64,000 nt of DNA from Eledone cirrhosa (lineage: Eukaryota), in contig OZ024763.1 of assembly GCA_964016885.1 (NCBI GenBank), positions 19,716,001 through 19,780,000 on the forward strand, written 5' to 3'. Positions 44,101 to 60,867 of this stretch are shown here, in pieces. The translations under genes and the position numbers were made by a program. The notes under the pieces are model-generated. The model had not been told where the DNA came from, ran no database searches, and worked only from the letters and a program-made list of their open reading frames with translations. The first letter of the stretch is position 1; every line of letters begins with the position of its first letter.

Positions 44101-44948
44101 GTAAATATGTGTGTATGCATGTAAATATGCGTGTGTATACATGTAAATATGTGTGTGTTTACATGTAAATATACCTGTGTTTACGTGTGTAAATACATAT
44201 AAACATTCGTGCGTATACATGTATATATATACACACTAGTCTAGTTAATACGAAGTATTGTGAGTTATAAAGGACATATATATATATATGTTAACTTTAA
44301 CCCTTCTGTTGAGAACTCTATTCGATTTGTGATGTTTTGCATTCTTGCAATAATATACACAACTGAATTCATTCGCCTGATATAGGGGTTGCCTCCCTTG
44401 CCGATCATCCCTACGTGGGGTCAGCAATAGTCAGTCTTTGTATTAGCATTGAACTAAAGCCTGTTGAGAAAGCGGCTTCCTTGTTCAATCATCTTACCAG
44501 AAGCCTAACATTATTTATGTAAGCGGACGCTGAGTTCAAATCCCGCCGAAGTTGACTTTGCCTTTCATCCTTACGGGGTCGATAAAATAAAGTACCAGTA
44601 ATGCACTGGGTAATTTGCTGGCCTTGTGCCTAAAGTAGAAACAATTATTTATGTAAGCGGACAGTACGTGATTTAGGAGTCGCAGAAACCCAAATGTTGG
44701 ATTTTACCAACCTTCCAGGGGTCCGGGTAAATTTTTCAATCACATATATTTTTATTTGTTTGACCCGAATTACTTGATCGTTTTTTTGGGGGGTTGTGCG
44801 GATGATTGTTTAACCATCGTCTCAGTGTGTTTGGCCTTTAACGTTTGTTATAGCTCTGGTTCATCTGAATCATTGAGCACTTGCCACACATCTCGGAGGT
44901 TGTTTTTCGTTATTTTGTGGGCCGAAATGCGATTCTCGATAATTTATT

Positions 44949-45001
<53 letters not shown>

Positions 45002-45004
<3 letters not shown>

Positions 45005-46815
45005 AGGTGAGTTTTATTGTAGTACAATAAAGCAATGCAGATATCGGATAAGAAGCACTCTACAGTTTGTAGGACTGGAGTATACATAATATATAAGATC
45101 AAAAGATGGTTAAAAGAGTTCCATGTATTTTATTATACGCATTTCAAAAACAAATATCATCATGCAATAACATTTGTGTTTTCAGCAGATAAAATAGGAA
45201 GACATGATATGAAGGTTAAAAACACTTGTGGATAGTGCAGTTTTAAATCAACATATGAAAAGTAGTTTTAGATCGATGTGTGATATTGTGGAAAAAAATT
45301 TTTTTGAGGAGGGAGAGGTTGGAAAGGATGAAAAAGAGGAGGAGATGAGAGTAAAAAGTGGAGGGGGAGGAGTATAATGAGGAAGGATGAGATAGGAGGA
45401 GAGATGGGTGATAGAGAGAGAGAGATAGCTTTTATAACTGAGAAAAATATATTGTTTTACATAGAGAGGTTGAAAAACCGTTGGAAGATAATGTATAAAT
45501 TAAAAGAATTTGAAAATTAACGAAGAGAAAAATAATGTAAAGTTAAGGTTTGTATATTGAAGGGTTTAATAATATGTGCGATGGAAAGAAAATGTTGATA
45601 TGTATTATTAAAAAAAACAAAAGTAATGTAAGTAAGGATATATTGTGAGATGAGCATGAATAAGTTAGATGAAAGTGAGAAAAAAATAATGAATAGAGGA
45701 TGAATAATCTAACGTCAAAAAAAATGTTTATGTTTACGAAGGATTTTTTCAAGGTGATATAATGGTAAATTTTTCATTTAGACAGAGATTGCAAGTCTTG
45801 GATAGAGAACTGTTCAAGTATGACGAAGCAGAAGAAACCTTTTTCCAAGAGATGTTATATTTAATAATTTTGTCTTTCAAGGACCATATGAGTTCTGAGA
45901 GGGCCGTGTTGGTTCTTTTAAGTTGCTATTTAAAAGACGAATGATGATTATAAAGACGAGTTTTAAAGGAGGTGGAAGTGGAGCCAAAATAGGTGAAGGA
46001 ATTGGTGTCAGTTATAACTTTACATTCGTAGATTAAGTTTTTATCAAGACAATGGTTGTTGAGAGGACATTTATTTTTAGCAGGGCAATTGCAATTGCGA
46101 TTAGAGAGATTATTAACGAGTGACCTAGTGTTATCTATAGAAGGAATTGGATTGGAGAAGTTATTTGCGATAGGTATAATAGTTTCTTGATTTAGAATGG
46201 GATTAAGAACATTTAGCGAAGTTGGGTTTGACGTATTTGGGTTTGCAGAAATTAGCTTAGGGTTTACAATGACGTCGGGAGTACTATTACTATTATTATG
46301 ATATTCAGTGTTGGAAGGAAGAGATTTAGTATTTAGTATTTTATTGTTGTGTTTAGAGATAATGTCGGAAATGTTGGAGGATGTCGAATAGGAAAATTTT
46401 ATAGTGTGTTTGTTAAATATTTTACTATAGATATGTGAGGGAGGGAAGCATTTATTTAAGGCACTAAAGAATAATTTAGGAATATTATTATTAATAGAGA
46501 TGGAGAAAGGAGCATTATACCAGATTATGTTTTTGTATCTAGGTCTTTTATTAAAGTTATTGGAATGATCATGATTAATTATTCTACTATAAGATCTTCT
46601 AGAATTTGTTTCTTTATTATATTTGATTTTATCAGGATAGCCGGCTTTAGAAAGCGCGTTATTATAGTAATTGGCGTTAGCATCAAAGATGTGTTTATTA
46701 GAAGATAGGTTAGATATTCTTTTTCCAATATTACTAACTATAGCATTCTTAATATTAGTAGGGTGGTTAGATTTAAAATTAACATAATTTAGGTTCTCAT
46801 TGTTTTTATGGTAAA
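45002..46815 (-). mobile_element. Second Penelope-like element remnant (RT thumb, linker, GIY-YIG and 3' pLTR)
   Basis: Minus-strand translation gives YVNFKSNHPTNIK..RISNLSS..YYNNALSKAGY, IIWYNAPFS..KIFNKHTIKFSYS and CPLNNHCLDKNLIYECKV..TYFGSTSTSFKTRLYNH. A pLTR with a mutated hammerhead (45126-45196) abuts (TA)n. Confidence 0.85.
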
Positions 46816-46969
46816 CTTTATCAATTCAGAATCCTTTTCTCAAAGGCACATATATATACTTCTTTAAAAACATACCCATCTTTCTACCTTATTTCAAAGT
46901 TATTTATTATACATTATATAATACTTGTTACTCATTCTATATCACCCCTATTTCTTCTTTTCTTTTCTT

Positions 46970-48957
46970 TTAGGGGTTTACTTTTAGCTAGTTGTCGTAC
47001 AATGAAAAGAGCGTCTGTGGTACTTTTGCCTGACACAAACCCGAACTGCATTTCATCTAGATCAATTCTCTCTCTGATTAGTTGCGCTATTACTTTTTCC
47101 GTGACCTTCATGACCTGGTCAATTAATTTAATGCCTCTATAGTTACTCCTATCTAGGGAATCTCCTTTACCCTTATAACAGTTAATGATGATGCTGCTAC
47201 GCCAATCCTTCGGAACAACCCCAATCTGTATGACTTGGTTTACTATCCGGGTGACCATGGTGTGTCCCACCGTTCCAGAGGCTTTCAGCATCTCAGCAAC
47301 TATTTCCGAAGGCCCAGCCACCTTACCGGTCTTCATATCTTTGATTGCCTTACTTATTATACTATCTTCGACTAACACTGCTGGTCCCTCTATTGGGTCG
47401 ATGTGGGGGAGACTGTCTTTTTCCCATTTATTCTCCTCATTTAGTAGCCTTTCGTAGTGACACTTCCAAGCTACCTTCTTATCAGCGTCGGTGATGGCAA
47501 GTACGCCATCATCATTAAGTACACACTTCTCCCCGACAATATCACGGTTTTCCTTGACACATTGCCTAGCAATCCTGAACACCTCACGTTTTTTGGTCCT
47601 CGCGTTGTAGAACATGCTTGAACTTTCTTTCCTCTGCTTCCCTTCTTGCGAAGTACACTTGTCTCCTAGCTTCCCTCCTGGCCACTTGATAGTCTTCTCT
47701 ACTTCCCCCATACTTTCCAAGCCTGCTTTTTGGCCTTAATTGACTCCTCCACCTTACTGTTCCACCACCATGTTACTCTCCTCCTGCCTATAGACCTGCT
47801 CCAGCCACAGACTTCGTCTGCCGCCAACAGCAGGTTTGCTTTCAGGAATTCCCACTGTTCCTCTATATTGTACGACTCTAATTGCTCTTCCTTACTGTCG
47901 AAAGCATCAAGTAATATGCTTTTAAATTTATTTCTGGCTGTGGGGTCCTTTAGCTTCCATATTTTTCTCCTGAGGATAGTCCTCTTCTGCTGTCTAGTAC
48001 GTCTCGTCCTGACTATTAGGTCGTTAATTTTGAGTCTATGTTGGGACGTGCATTCTTCATGGAGGAGGGATTTAGTGTTTACAACAGACACTCTGTCACG
48101 TCTTCTGGTAAGGATATAATCTACCTGGCTTGTGTGTTCCCCCATCTATAGGTGATCAGGTGATTGTCTCGTTTTTTGAAGTTAGTGTTACAGATAGTTA
48201 GGTTATTTGCGTCACAGAATTCCAGGATTCTGGAGCCTTCCTCATTTCTAGTACCAAACCCATAGCCTCCATGGATTCCGTCGTAGCCTGTCCAACATGC
48301 CCATTTAGGTCGCCTGCAATAATTATATAGTCACTGTCGGTTATTTGGGAGGTAGTGAGCATCAGTGTCTCATAGAATCTGTCTTTTATAGTGCTGGGCA
48401 GTCCGGATTGGGGTGCGTACGCAGATATTACTGTCACCGTAGTTCTATTGAGGACAAGTCTTATTTCAATTATTCTGTCGTTCACTCTATTATCTTATCT
48501 GCCCACTTTTCTGCTACCATGATACCTACTCCACCCAGCCCATTGTCATTTCCCACCCAGAAAAGCTTATAGCATCGTTTTTTACCCACAATTAATCTAG
48601 CAGACCCACCCCTCCACCTGGTCTCCTGAATACAACAAACATCGACCTCCTTGCATTCAAGCATTTCTACAAGCTCGTTAGAGCGACCCTTTAAGGTGCC
48701 TACATTCATGGTACCAACTCTGAAGTTTTGGATTGCGTTTGGAGGGTGGGAGCGGTGGGGCGCGGGGGGAGATGGGGTTATGTTAGCCATCCGCGGCCGA
48801 AACAAAGAGGAGTGCTCGCATTCTCGTCCAGGTGAATTTGTCTTTATCTTTGGCATTGTCGCTGAGCGTCCAGATTTCTCTCTCTTCAACTCTCCAGAAT
48901 TCCGTAGTCCATCCATCATATCGAGAGGCAACCAGGTAAGCGATAGTATAGGCCTCT
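46970..48957 (-). mobile_element. RTE-clade LINE, 5' half (complete APE start, RT cut after QFGF motif), frameshifted
   Basis: FRVGTMNVGTLKGRS..CCIQETRW, SAYAPQ, AGDLNGHVG, QVDYIL, NYRGIKL, QFGFVSGKSTTDALFIVRQL. Same family as 35712-38507. Confidence 0.92.
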
Positions 48958-49420
48958 GACTTATGATTGGTCCACGTAATAATAATGGTGGTGCGTGGGG
49001 GAGGGATGTTGAGTTGTTAGCGAGAAGGTAAGGTTTAAGATCCTCGTATTTTGGGCATAATTTAACAAGCATTAACAAAAATAGAAGATTTGTTTTGGAA
49101 AATACTACAGAGTATCGAGTAGAGAGGCAAAGATTGGATTCGGAGAAAAGAAAATGATAGAGAATTGTCGGATGGGTGGACTAAGGAATTGAAATGGAGA
49201 GGAGAAATGAAGAAAAAAATGTGTTACATTTACATTATACCGTGAAAGCAGCCATGAATTTGGCGAATGTGATTACTTGTAGGGTTTATCTTATATATAT
49301 AGATAGATAGAGAGAGGGGGGGAGGAGGGGGTTGGCCGCGAACCAGCGTGATGTAGGGGGGGGGAGATGGGAGGGAGCAGAGGTTAAGAGTTTAAATGCG
49401 GTCCTCGAAATAACAAAACG

Positions 49421-49451
<31 letters not shown>

Positions 49452-49492
49452 CGTATATATATATATACGTATATATAATATATATATATACG

Positions 49493-49523
<31 letters not shown>

Positions 49524-49821
49524 CGTATATATATATACGTATATATATATATACGTATATATATATATATATATATATATATACGTATATATATATATAT
49601 TTATACGTATATATATATATATATATTTATACGTATATATATATATATATTTATACGTATATATATATATATATTTATACGTATATATATAGACATATAT
49701 ATATATATATACACATATATATATATAGACATATATATACATTTATATATAGACATATATATATATACACGTATATATAGACATATTTATATATATATAC
49801 ATGAATATACACGTATTCATA

Positions 49822-49864
<43 letters not shown>

Positions 49865-49888
49865 GTACATGTGTGTGTGTGTGTGTGT

Positions 49889-49919
<31 letters not shown>

Positions 49920-50551
49920 TAAATGAAGTAATTCCGTCGGAAAAGTCCAGGAAAAAAGAGTGCTCTATGTAGGTAACAGAGCTTAATAGTTATGTAATAA
50001 CTATTAAGCTCTGTTACTGGTTCAATCATTACCTGTTTGTTTTTTTATTTTATTTAATTATTACATTTACAAACCAAACAAATTCTACATAGAGCATCAC
50101 CTATTTCGAGATGTCGTTGCTGTTGATCTTGCAGCCGTACGTTCAAATCTGTTAGCATTCACTCTCCTCAGTTGTTTTTACTTGTGTCCATGTAAACAGC
50201 GACCATGCTGGTGCATTGCCTTGATTTAATCGATCAGTCATTAACATTTTTTTTCTTTTTTCAAGTTTGGCATTTACGTGAACTCTACTCGTATATCGGA
50301 TTACCTTTGGAGCACACAAGGATTTACCTACGTTTGACCCTATATATATATATATATATTCATTTATTATGGCTAAGTGGTGCGTCTTGTTACTTACGGG
50401 TTTCACCTGTGCATTCGAAGGATCATCAAGCAAGACTCACTATTTCTTCGACATAAATCATTTAAATTATATTTCGGTATAAAATTCTCTTTTCTCTCGA
50501 TTTCATAGAATTCTTTTGCTGTATCGTTTACACTGTTATTTGTTTGCCTTT

Positions 50552-50599
<48 letters not shown>

Positions 50600-51195
50600 C
50601 GAAGTAGTTTGAAACTACTTCGCATTTCCTTATTCTAAATATACTTCGTCATTCCTCTGTGGAAAAAGTATGTTGAGTGCTTGAATTGAATTGCATCAAT
50701 ATTTACCGTAAGTATATATGTATACATGCAAGCAAAAAGTAAACGGAAAGAACACAGTACAATGAAGAAATATATATATATATAATTGTTTCTACTTTTG
50801 GCACAAGGTCAACAATTATCCCAGTGTATTACTAGTACTTTATTTTATCGACCCCGTAAGGATGAAAGACAAAGTTAACCTCGGCGGGATTTATATATAT
50901 ATAATGTTGAAATCAAGATTCGAACTTAAAGTTGTGTAGTATCATTTGACATTTATTGCTATCTTAATAGCATAGTTCGATAGAGGTTTTAATAGTGTGG
51001 GTGCGGGTTCAATCTATAGCTAGGATGTAGAAATAACTTTATTTTAATGTTATTTTCTCAACCAAAGAAAATATATGCGTTCATTCTTGGCTTTTTTTTA
51101 TTAATAAGAATTGAGACGTAAGTATGACAAGGCCATTACGAAGATGATGCTGTAGGTTCAAATCTTACACACAGTTGCATCCATATTTACATATA

Positions 51196-51701
51196 CAGTA
51201 ATCCCTCGCTATATCACAAATTTTTCTTTGGAACCTAGCTAATTTCCTATCGCTGTGATCCTCGCTACATCACGGATTTTTCGTTAGATCATATCTATTT
51301 TCTTATCGCGGTACGTACGTCTGAATAAAAGTATTTAAAATTTAAATTTATTAAATGTTTCGATGTGTCCATTATTATTTTACTGATTGTGTTTTTCTCT
51401 AATCTACTATAAACACTTCCTAGATTGAATGGAGATGTGCAGTGTATTACCAAGTGGCTACCTTGGCTGGCAATGGTCCTCATTGGTAACTAGTGGTACG
51501 ATCGTTACTGGCTTTTTTTTGGTGTTTAAATACAAAAGTGTGTCTTAATGAGTTTATATGTACTTAAAGCATGTAGGAGAGGTATTTTAAGGCTTAAACT
51601 ATGAATACAACGGTTGTCTTTTGGGTCTCTCTATATCGCGGATTTTCATTTATCGCGGTTGGTTGTGGAACGTATCCCCCGCGATACACGGGGGATTACT
51701 G
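51196..51701. mobile_element. Tigger/pogo-like non-autonomous element (MITE)
   Basis: TA|cagtaatccctcg ... cgggggattactg|TA terminal inverted repeats; internal tatcgcgg sub-repeats. Confidence 0.8.
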
Positions 51702-54700
51702 TAGCTATCAGGTACGACAATTTTGAAGTTTCAGAGTCCAAATCCAAACCAACACTGGAGACCATTTCACAGGGCTTCCGTTATAGTTTTGGTGGAAGGT
51801 TGAATAAATGTCTTTGCGGCTTTGATAAAATACAGCACCTATAACGTACTATATTGATTTAATCGACTTTCCCCTTCCACAAAATTGCTGGCCTTGTGCC
51901 TAAATCAGAAACCATTATTATTATTATTAGATCACGTATTTTTATCACCAATACAAGACTAATACAAACATGATCATACTAATATATTTAAAGTCAAAAG
52001 AAAATCAGTTTAGTAAAAATCAAAACAAATATATTGAAACAAATTATTGGAGGGGCTTAAGTCCACCAAATCACTTACGGGAGGAAGGCTTTAATCTCTC
52101 TCACATACACACACTCATCAATAGAAATATATGTAATAGAAACAACATTCCTGTATGTTCGAGATATATTTATAGTCAAGATTTATAGGGGTACCGTATT
52201 GACAGACGGTGTCTTGGGCACTTTTAAATCTAGTGGAACCTTTCCCCTCTCCATGTCTGAATACAGCCAAGCTTCTTCCGGAGAGAAAGAGAGAGTGTAT
52301 GTGTGTGATAGAGAGAAAGTACGAAAGAAATACAGAGGAAGAATCGACCGCAGTACTGAACTGGTATTGTGTTTTCTTGTTAACCAGGAAAGGATAAAAG
52401 GCAATGTTGAACTCAAGAGAGCCGGAACAAATACTTCAAAGCATTCTATCCGATGTTCTAACGACTCAACTTCACTGAATACCAGGTAGAATGAAAAACA
52501 AGATCGACCCACAGATAAACACCACCACTTCACGTCTTTCCTATAGAAAATAGATTTATAAGTGTTAAAACCTACTTAGTTTCCATTAGCTGTTTCGGTG
52601 GTCAAGTGTTAAGATATGTAGAAATGGCAGAGATGCTGGTTCTAGTTCAATCTTCATCAACGTCTACACTAAAAACAAATTTGACCAACCGCCGTGTTAT
52701 CAATAATTGTTTCTACTTTAGGCACAAGGCCAGCAATTACCCAGTGCATTACTGGTACTTTATTTTATCGACCCCGTAAGGATGAAAGGCAAAGTCAACC
52801 TCGGCGGGATTTGAACTCAGATCGTAAAGGGACGTAACTATGCTGGAAAGCATATCAATAATACAGAAAGTATTGAATACATTATAACCAAAGGGAAATA
52901 ACTCTAAAGACTTATTAACTTTATTGACATAGTTATCGTTCTTGAAACCAACACGTTAAACGAAGTAATTAAACACTTATGGTCGATTATAATTATTTTT
53001 CTTAATTAATTAACTGCACTGGGTAAACTGAGGAATGCCTATCTTCTTTTATACGAATATATATATACACACACATATATAAAATATATATAATTTAAAA
53101 TAGTTCCTAACTCAATATATACCTTTGATATAATTTAAAATATATACATTTAATATATTTATATATATATATACATGTAAATGTTTGTGTGTAGTTATTG
53201 GACCTACCCAACCACCCCCATCCAAATGAACTTACCTCAACTAGAACAATGTCACCGTCTACCACGTTAGAAGGCTGATGTCTCAACTTCTATTCTACTG
53301 AATATGATTGTTTGTTACAATCTTGGGAGGCCCTACGAGATGTGTGTGTATAGAAATATGTGTACGTGTTGTATTAAATCAAGATATTTCACTTCAGATA
53401 GTAAAAAAGTTCACAATGTTTGTGTTATGATGGAAAATGAAATAATACGTACTTTAGTTTTCAAGAAAAGTTATTAAAAACTAATTGTTGTCCGATTACT
53501 GATTTAAAAAAACATTTCCCTGTCCCGTAAAAATGTTGAACAACCACTCCACGATGTTGGGGGTTGTTTGTGATGAAATGAAATATTTAATAATACAGGT
53601 GATAAAACAACAAAAGCTAAATAAGTCATCTTATGTTATTTACAAACATTAACGTTCACCTTAATATGAAATAATCACCATAAAATTAGATTAGGTTTAA
53701 GTTGTAAAAATGGAGCCGATGTGGATAATAATTTTTCACTAAATGATACCGGTGACATGACTTAAAAGTCCCCTATATAATTTAATACATTCAGAAAAAC
53801 CTACAGTTATATTAATTCATACGTTCAATCAATATGCTAGTTCTTTATTCAGATTTGTATAAATAATATTACTAATTTTACATGACTGTTTAAATTAAAA
53901 CAAAACACATTATCAAAGGTATTGGAAATGAAAGGAATAAGAAAAAACGAATCAAGCAACGAAAATAATGGGAGAGGGACAGACACTATACGGCACTTAA
54001 TACCAAAGATGACCATGAAATAATTAAGAGCATAAACTTCGGATTCTGGAATTCCAAGAAACGTCCGTCTGAGATTTTATATTCTGAGTGAGTATATTCA
54101 TCATTTGTTTTTCCCTCTCTCTACATACATACACATATATACAGGGGGTAACCACATTTAAAAAAAGTACTCAATACGTTGGTAGAGTATAGGCATCGTT
54201 ATTATATATAGAAATGACTGCTACAGGACTCGAACTGTTTCATTCGTATGAAATCATGAGGAATGTCCTCTTCCTAATGATTTCAAATGAATGAAACAGT
54301 TATAGTCCTGTAGAAGTCATACTCCCCCACACACCCTGGGAATTCTCTCCCCACCCACTTTCCTCGTGAAGAAGGGCTTATGCAAGAAACGCCCCCCCCC
54401 CCACGCTCTCAAGAGCGTGAAACTAATAAACTTTGGTTTGTACTGCCTCTTTGTTTTGTTCCCGTTCCATTTTTCACTATATATATATATATACATACAC
54501 AAACATACATATATTTATCAATAAAAATACAGTGTCATCAGCGCTTTGCGGCATATAGTTACGGCCCTTTACGTGCTGAGTTCAAATCTCATCGAGGTTA
54601 GCTTTGCCTTTCACCCTTACAGGGTCAATAAAATAAAGTACCAGTAATACACTTTCCCTTCTCCACAAAATTGTTGGCCTTCTGCTTAAATCAGAAACCA

Positions 54701-54879
54701 TTATGTAACGTCCTGTTTTTTCCATGTTGGCATGGGTTAGATGGGTTGTTATAGACCCAGTCAGAGCCTCTGAGTCCTCCCAACCCTCTGGTTGGCATGG
54801 TTAGAATAGTTGGGTACCCTTCCTAACAGCAGCCACTTTACAGTGTGCACTAGGTACACTTTATCCTGACACAAGCAAC

Positions 54880-55250
54880 ACTCTCTTTTGACGCTAAACT
54901 CCGCCAGTTGCAGACTGCGCATCAACATGTGCTATCTCTCTCCACAAAGTTCGATCACCAACAGCAGAGTTCAAAGAGCAAAGATCAAGTGCAGTCCATA
55001 AATTGACATTGTCAAGCCATCGTTTTGGCTGCCGGCCTCTGCTTCTTTTATCAGCCAATCTTCCTTCCAGAAATATATAATACCTTTCGACCAGCAGCAG
55101 CAGAGTTTAAAGAGCAAAGATCAAGTCCAGTCCATAAGTTGACATTATCAAGCCATCGTTTTGGTTGCTGGCCTCTGCTTTTACCAGCCAACCTTCCTTC
55201 CAGGCATAACCTACTCACACCACCACGAGTTGAATTATATGACCGTATAG
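54880..55250 (-). mobile_element. RTE-like LINE 3' remnant with an internal duplication
   Basis: LEGRLAGKSRGQQPKRWLDNVNLWTG motif present twice (about 54960-55070 and 55095-55205). Confidence 0.6.
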
Positions 55251-55586
55251 TTTGAGTACTCTTCACTTGACAATTGATGTAATTGGTCTAGGTTTGGTAA
55301 TGTCGAGCAAAAATAATCACGACAAAAACAACAACAAAAGCAACAACAATAACAACAACAGCAACAGCAACAAAAGAAATACCAATAACAGCAACACAAT
55401 AACAGCAATAACAACAACAAAAACAACAAACAAAAAAACAACTTGATTGAAATTTAATTAGAAATGTTATTACTTAAAATAGGTTCGTAGACATATTCTT
55501 ACAGAAGACTTTGAGATGAATATAAACACATAATTATCTCAAATTAATATCAAATCTATGAGATTTTGATACATATATATACCTAC

Positions 55587-55628
<42 letters not shown>

Positions 55629-55849
55629 ATATGTCAGGTCACGAGTTGGTGCTACTGGTAACATGTATCCCAGTACATCCTGTCCCATGGTCGGGTCGTT
55701 GGCGACTAAACTGGCAACCCCACCAAGGTTTCTTGGTGAGGAGGGTGACTTTGGACATCCTGCAGCACTAAAAACAAAACCTGTCAAAGGGCAAAGGAGC
55801 TCTTAATAGTCAATGGCCATCCAAAATCACCGGGAGAGATGACCCCTTA

Positions 55850-56237
55850 GCCTTTGTCAAGGCAGAATTCTAGGAGAAAGAAAACTCTGATATAACACCT
55901 GCAACTCTGATGGTATCCAATGATGTTGACTTGTTCTTTTTGGTAAATATCATCTTGGTTAAGAGAGTGGGACTGGCTTTGTGCAGTGCCTTTGCTCACT
56001 ATAAAAGCTTCACGGCACAGGCATTGCTTTATATCTGGAGATCTCTCTGCACTTGTCCTCACATGGTACCATGGGCCCAGCACTAGGTGTCAATAATTGC
56101 CACAAGTGTAGTGTTTGTACCAGAGTTTTCAAGTTGCTGGCTGGACTAAAAAGTCACACTCGTTCAGCGCATCGGTAGGGGTTCTCCTACATGGATATAA
56201 AGTAGTGGCCATACTCGAAAACGAGTTGGCAGCCACC
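55850..56237 (-). mobile_element. Highly decayed RTE-like 5' end
   Basis: Degenerate APE start (GPW..VRT; EISRYK) downstream of a structured leader. Confidence 0.35.
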
Positions 56238-59097
<2,860 letters not shown>

Positions 59098-59895
59098 TGA
59101 AGTAATTCCCTCAAGAAGGTACAGGAAAAAAGAGTGCTCTATGTAGGCTACAGAGCTTTAAGCCCAAAGAACCATTAGATAGAATATATACAGTATTCTC
59201 CTAATCAGTATAAATCAACCACATAAAAAATCATTTAAACGAGGCTATAAGTTTAAAATGTACTTATGAAGAAATAATAGGCAAATGATACAGATTATTT
59301 TCCGTGATGTACATCCATATGACACTTATCTAATTATTTCTTTTAGCCTGTAGAAATTAACTACACGGAATTAGGTACAAAATAGAAGTTTCAAGAAAAA
59401 AGACATATATTTTACCAAAATTCTCTTAGTCTTTACCACTGGTGGTTTCTTTCCACTTTTTGGATATACCAGGTCTTGGATATCGAGGTTGACCATATGG
59501 AATGACCAGTTCTATCCAGTGGTGAACCAACAAACCTAAATATATATATATATATATATATATGGAAAGTTATATTTAAATTGTTGGGTTACAACTAGTA
59601 AATATTTATAACTGATATAAAAGCACTCGACAAGTATTTGGAGTATATTTACGATATTAAATAAATGGAAACTATATTTATAAAACCATATCTATTTCAT
59701 TATATATATTTCAGGGATATCATATTAACAATATGCTATGCCTTCCTCAGACAAAATACAATATAAACAGTTTTATAGATAAATAGATTTGACATACCGT
59801 ACAACATCGACTTGTATTTGAAAAGTTGATTTTCAAATACAAGTCGATGTTGAACGGTATGTCAAATCTATTTATCTATAAAACTGTCTATATTG

Positions 59896-59961
59896 TATTT
59901 TGTCTGAGGAAGGCATAGCATATTGTTAATATGATATCCCTGAAATATATATAATGAAATA
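59896..59961 (+). ncRNA. Minimal hammerhead motif, CTGAGGA variant (mirror copy on the - strand at about 59693-59758)
   Basis: tattttgt CTGAGGA aggcatagcatatt..aatatgatatccct GAAA tatata ta atgaaata. Confidence 0.68.
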
Positions 59962-60554
59962 AATATGGTTTTATAAATATAGTTTCCATTTATTTAATAT
60001 CGTATATATATATATATATATATATATATACCAGGATGGATTCAGTTTGAAACTGGTTAGACCATTACTCAACAGAGTACTTGATACTTGGGGTAGTAGA
60101 GTATGGTTATAATATAGTCATGACCCCAACAGCTGAGCTCTTGCTTTTTCATCAGCTATTCAAAGGCTTTATGCTCACCCTATGGCTGAACTCTTGCTCA
60201 TGCTGTATAAAAAGTTTATATATTTTTCAAATTTTCAAATTTAGATTTTTTAAAAATAAACAACAAAAAACAAAAAAATTAAAAATTCACTTTGAACAAA
60301 AATAATCTGTGTAGGAAGGGGTGGGGTGAACGGGTGGAGTGAAGGTTGGAGTGCCAGTGTGGAGTGAAGGTTGGTAGTGCCCATGTGGAGTGGTGTAAGG
60401 ATGATGGATGGATGGGAAATGAAGCACTTACAATGGTGTGGAGCAGTAGGGAAGGAAGGACGAGTGAGAGTGGTGCAGGAGGGGCATGGGTGGATAGGCA
60501 GTGGTGGGGGGGGGGTTAACGGGACAGGAACAGTGTGTTTACAATATTATTAGA

Positions 60555-60790
60555 TGTCCTTTAGGTCAGAGGTTAACTGTTCTTTAGGTCATGGGTCAAC
60601 TGTCGTTTAGGTCAGAGGTCAACTATTCTTTAGGTCAAGGGTCAACTGTCGTTTAGGTCAGAGGTCAACTGTCCATTAGGTTGAGGGTCAACTGTCTATT
60701 AGGTCAAGGGTAAACTGTCCTTTCAGACAGAGGTCAACTGTCCTTTAGCTCGAAGGTCAACTATCCTTTAGGTCAGAGGTCAATTGTCCA
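60555..60790. repeat. 23-bp minisatellite, about 10 copies (tttaggtcagaggtcaactgtc)
   Basis: aggtca recurs at 60563, 60586, 60609, 60632, 60655, 60701 and 60770. Confidence 0.9.
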
Positions 60791-60867
60791 TTTGGACAAA
60801 ATTAGAAGAGCTGCTACACATATGTCCTGATGAAGAAGAAGAAGAAGATTTTGAACTACGGAGTAAT

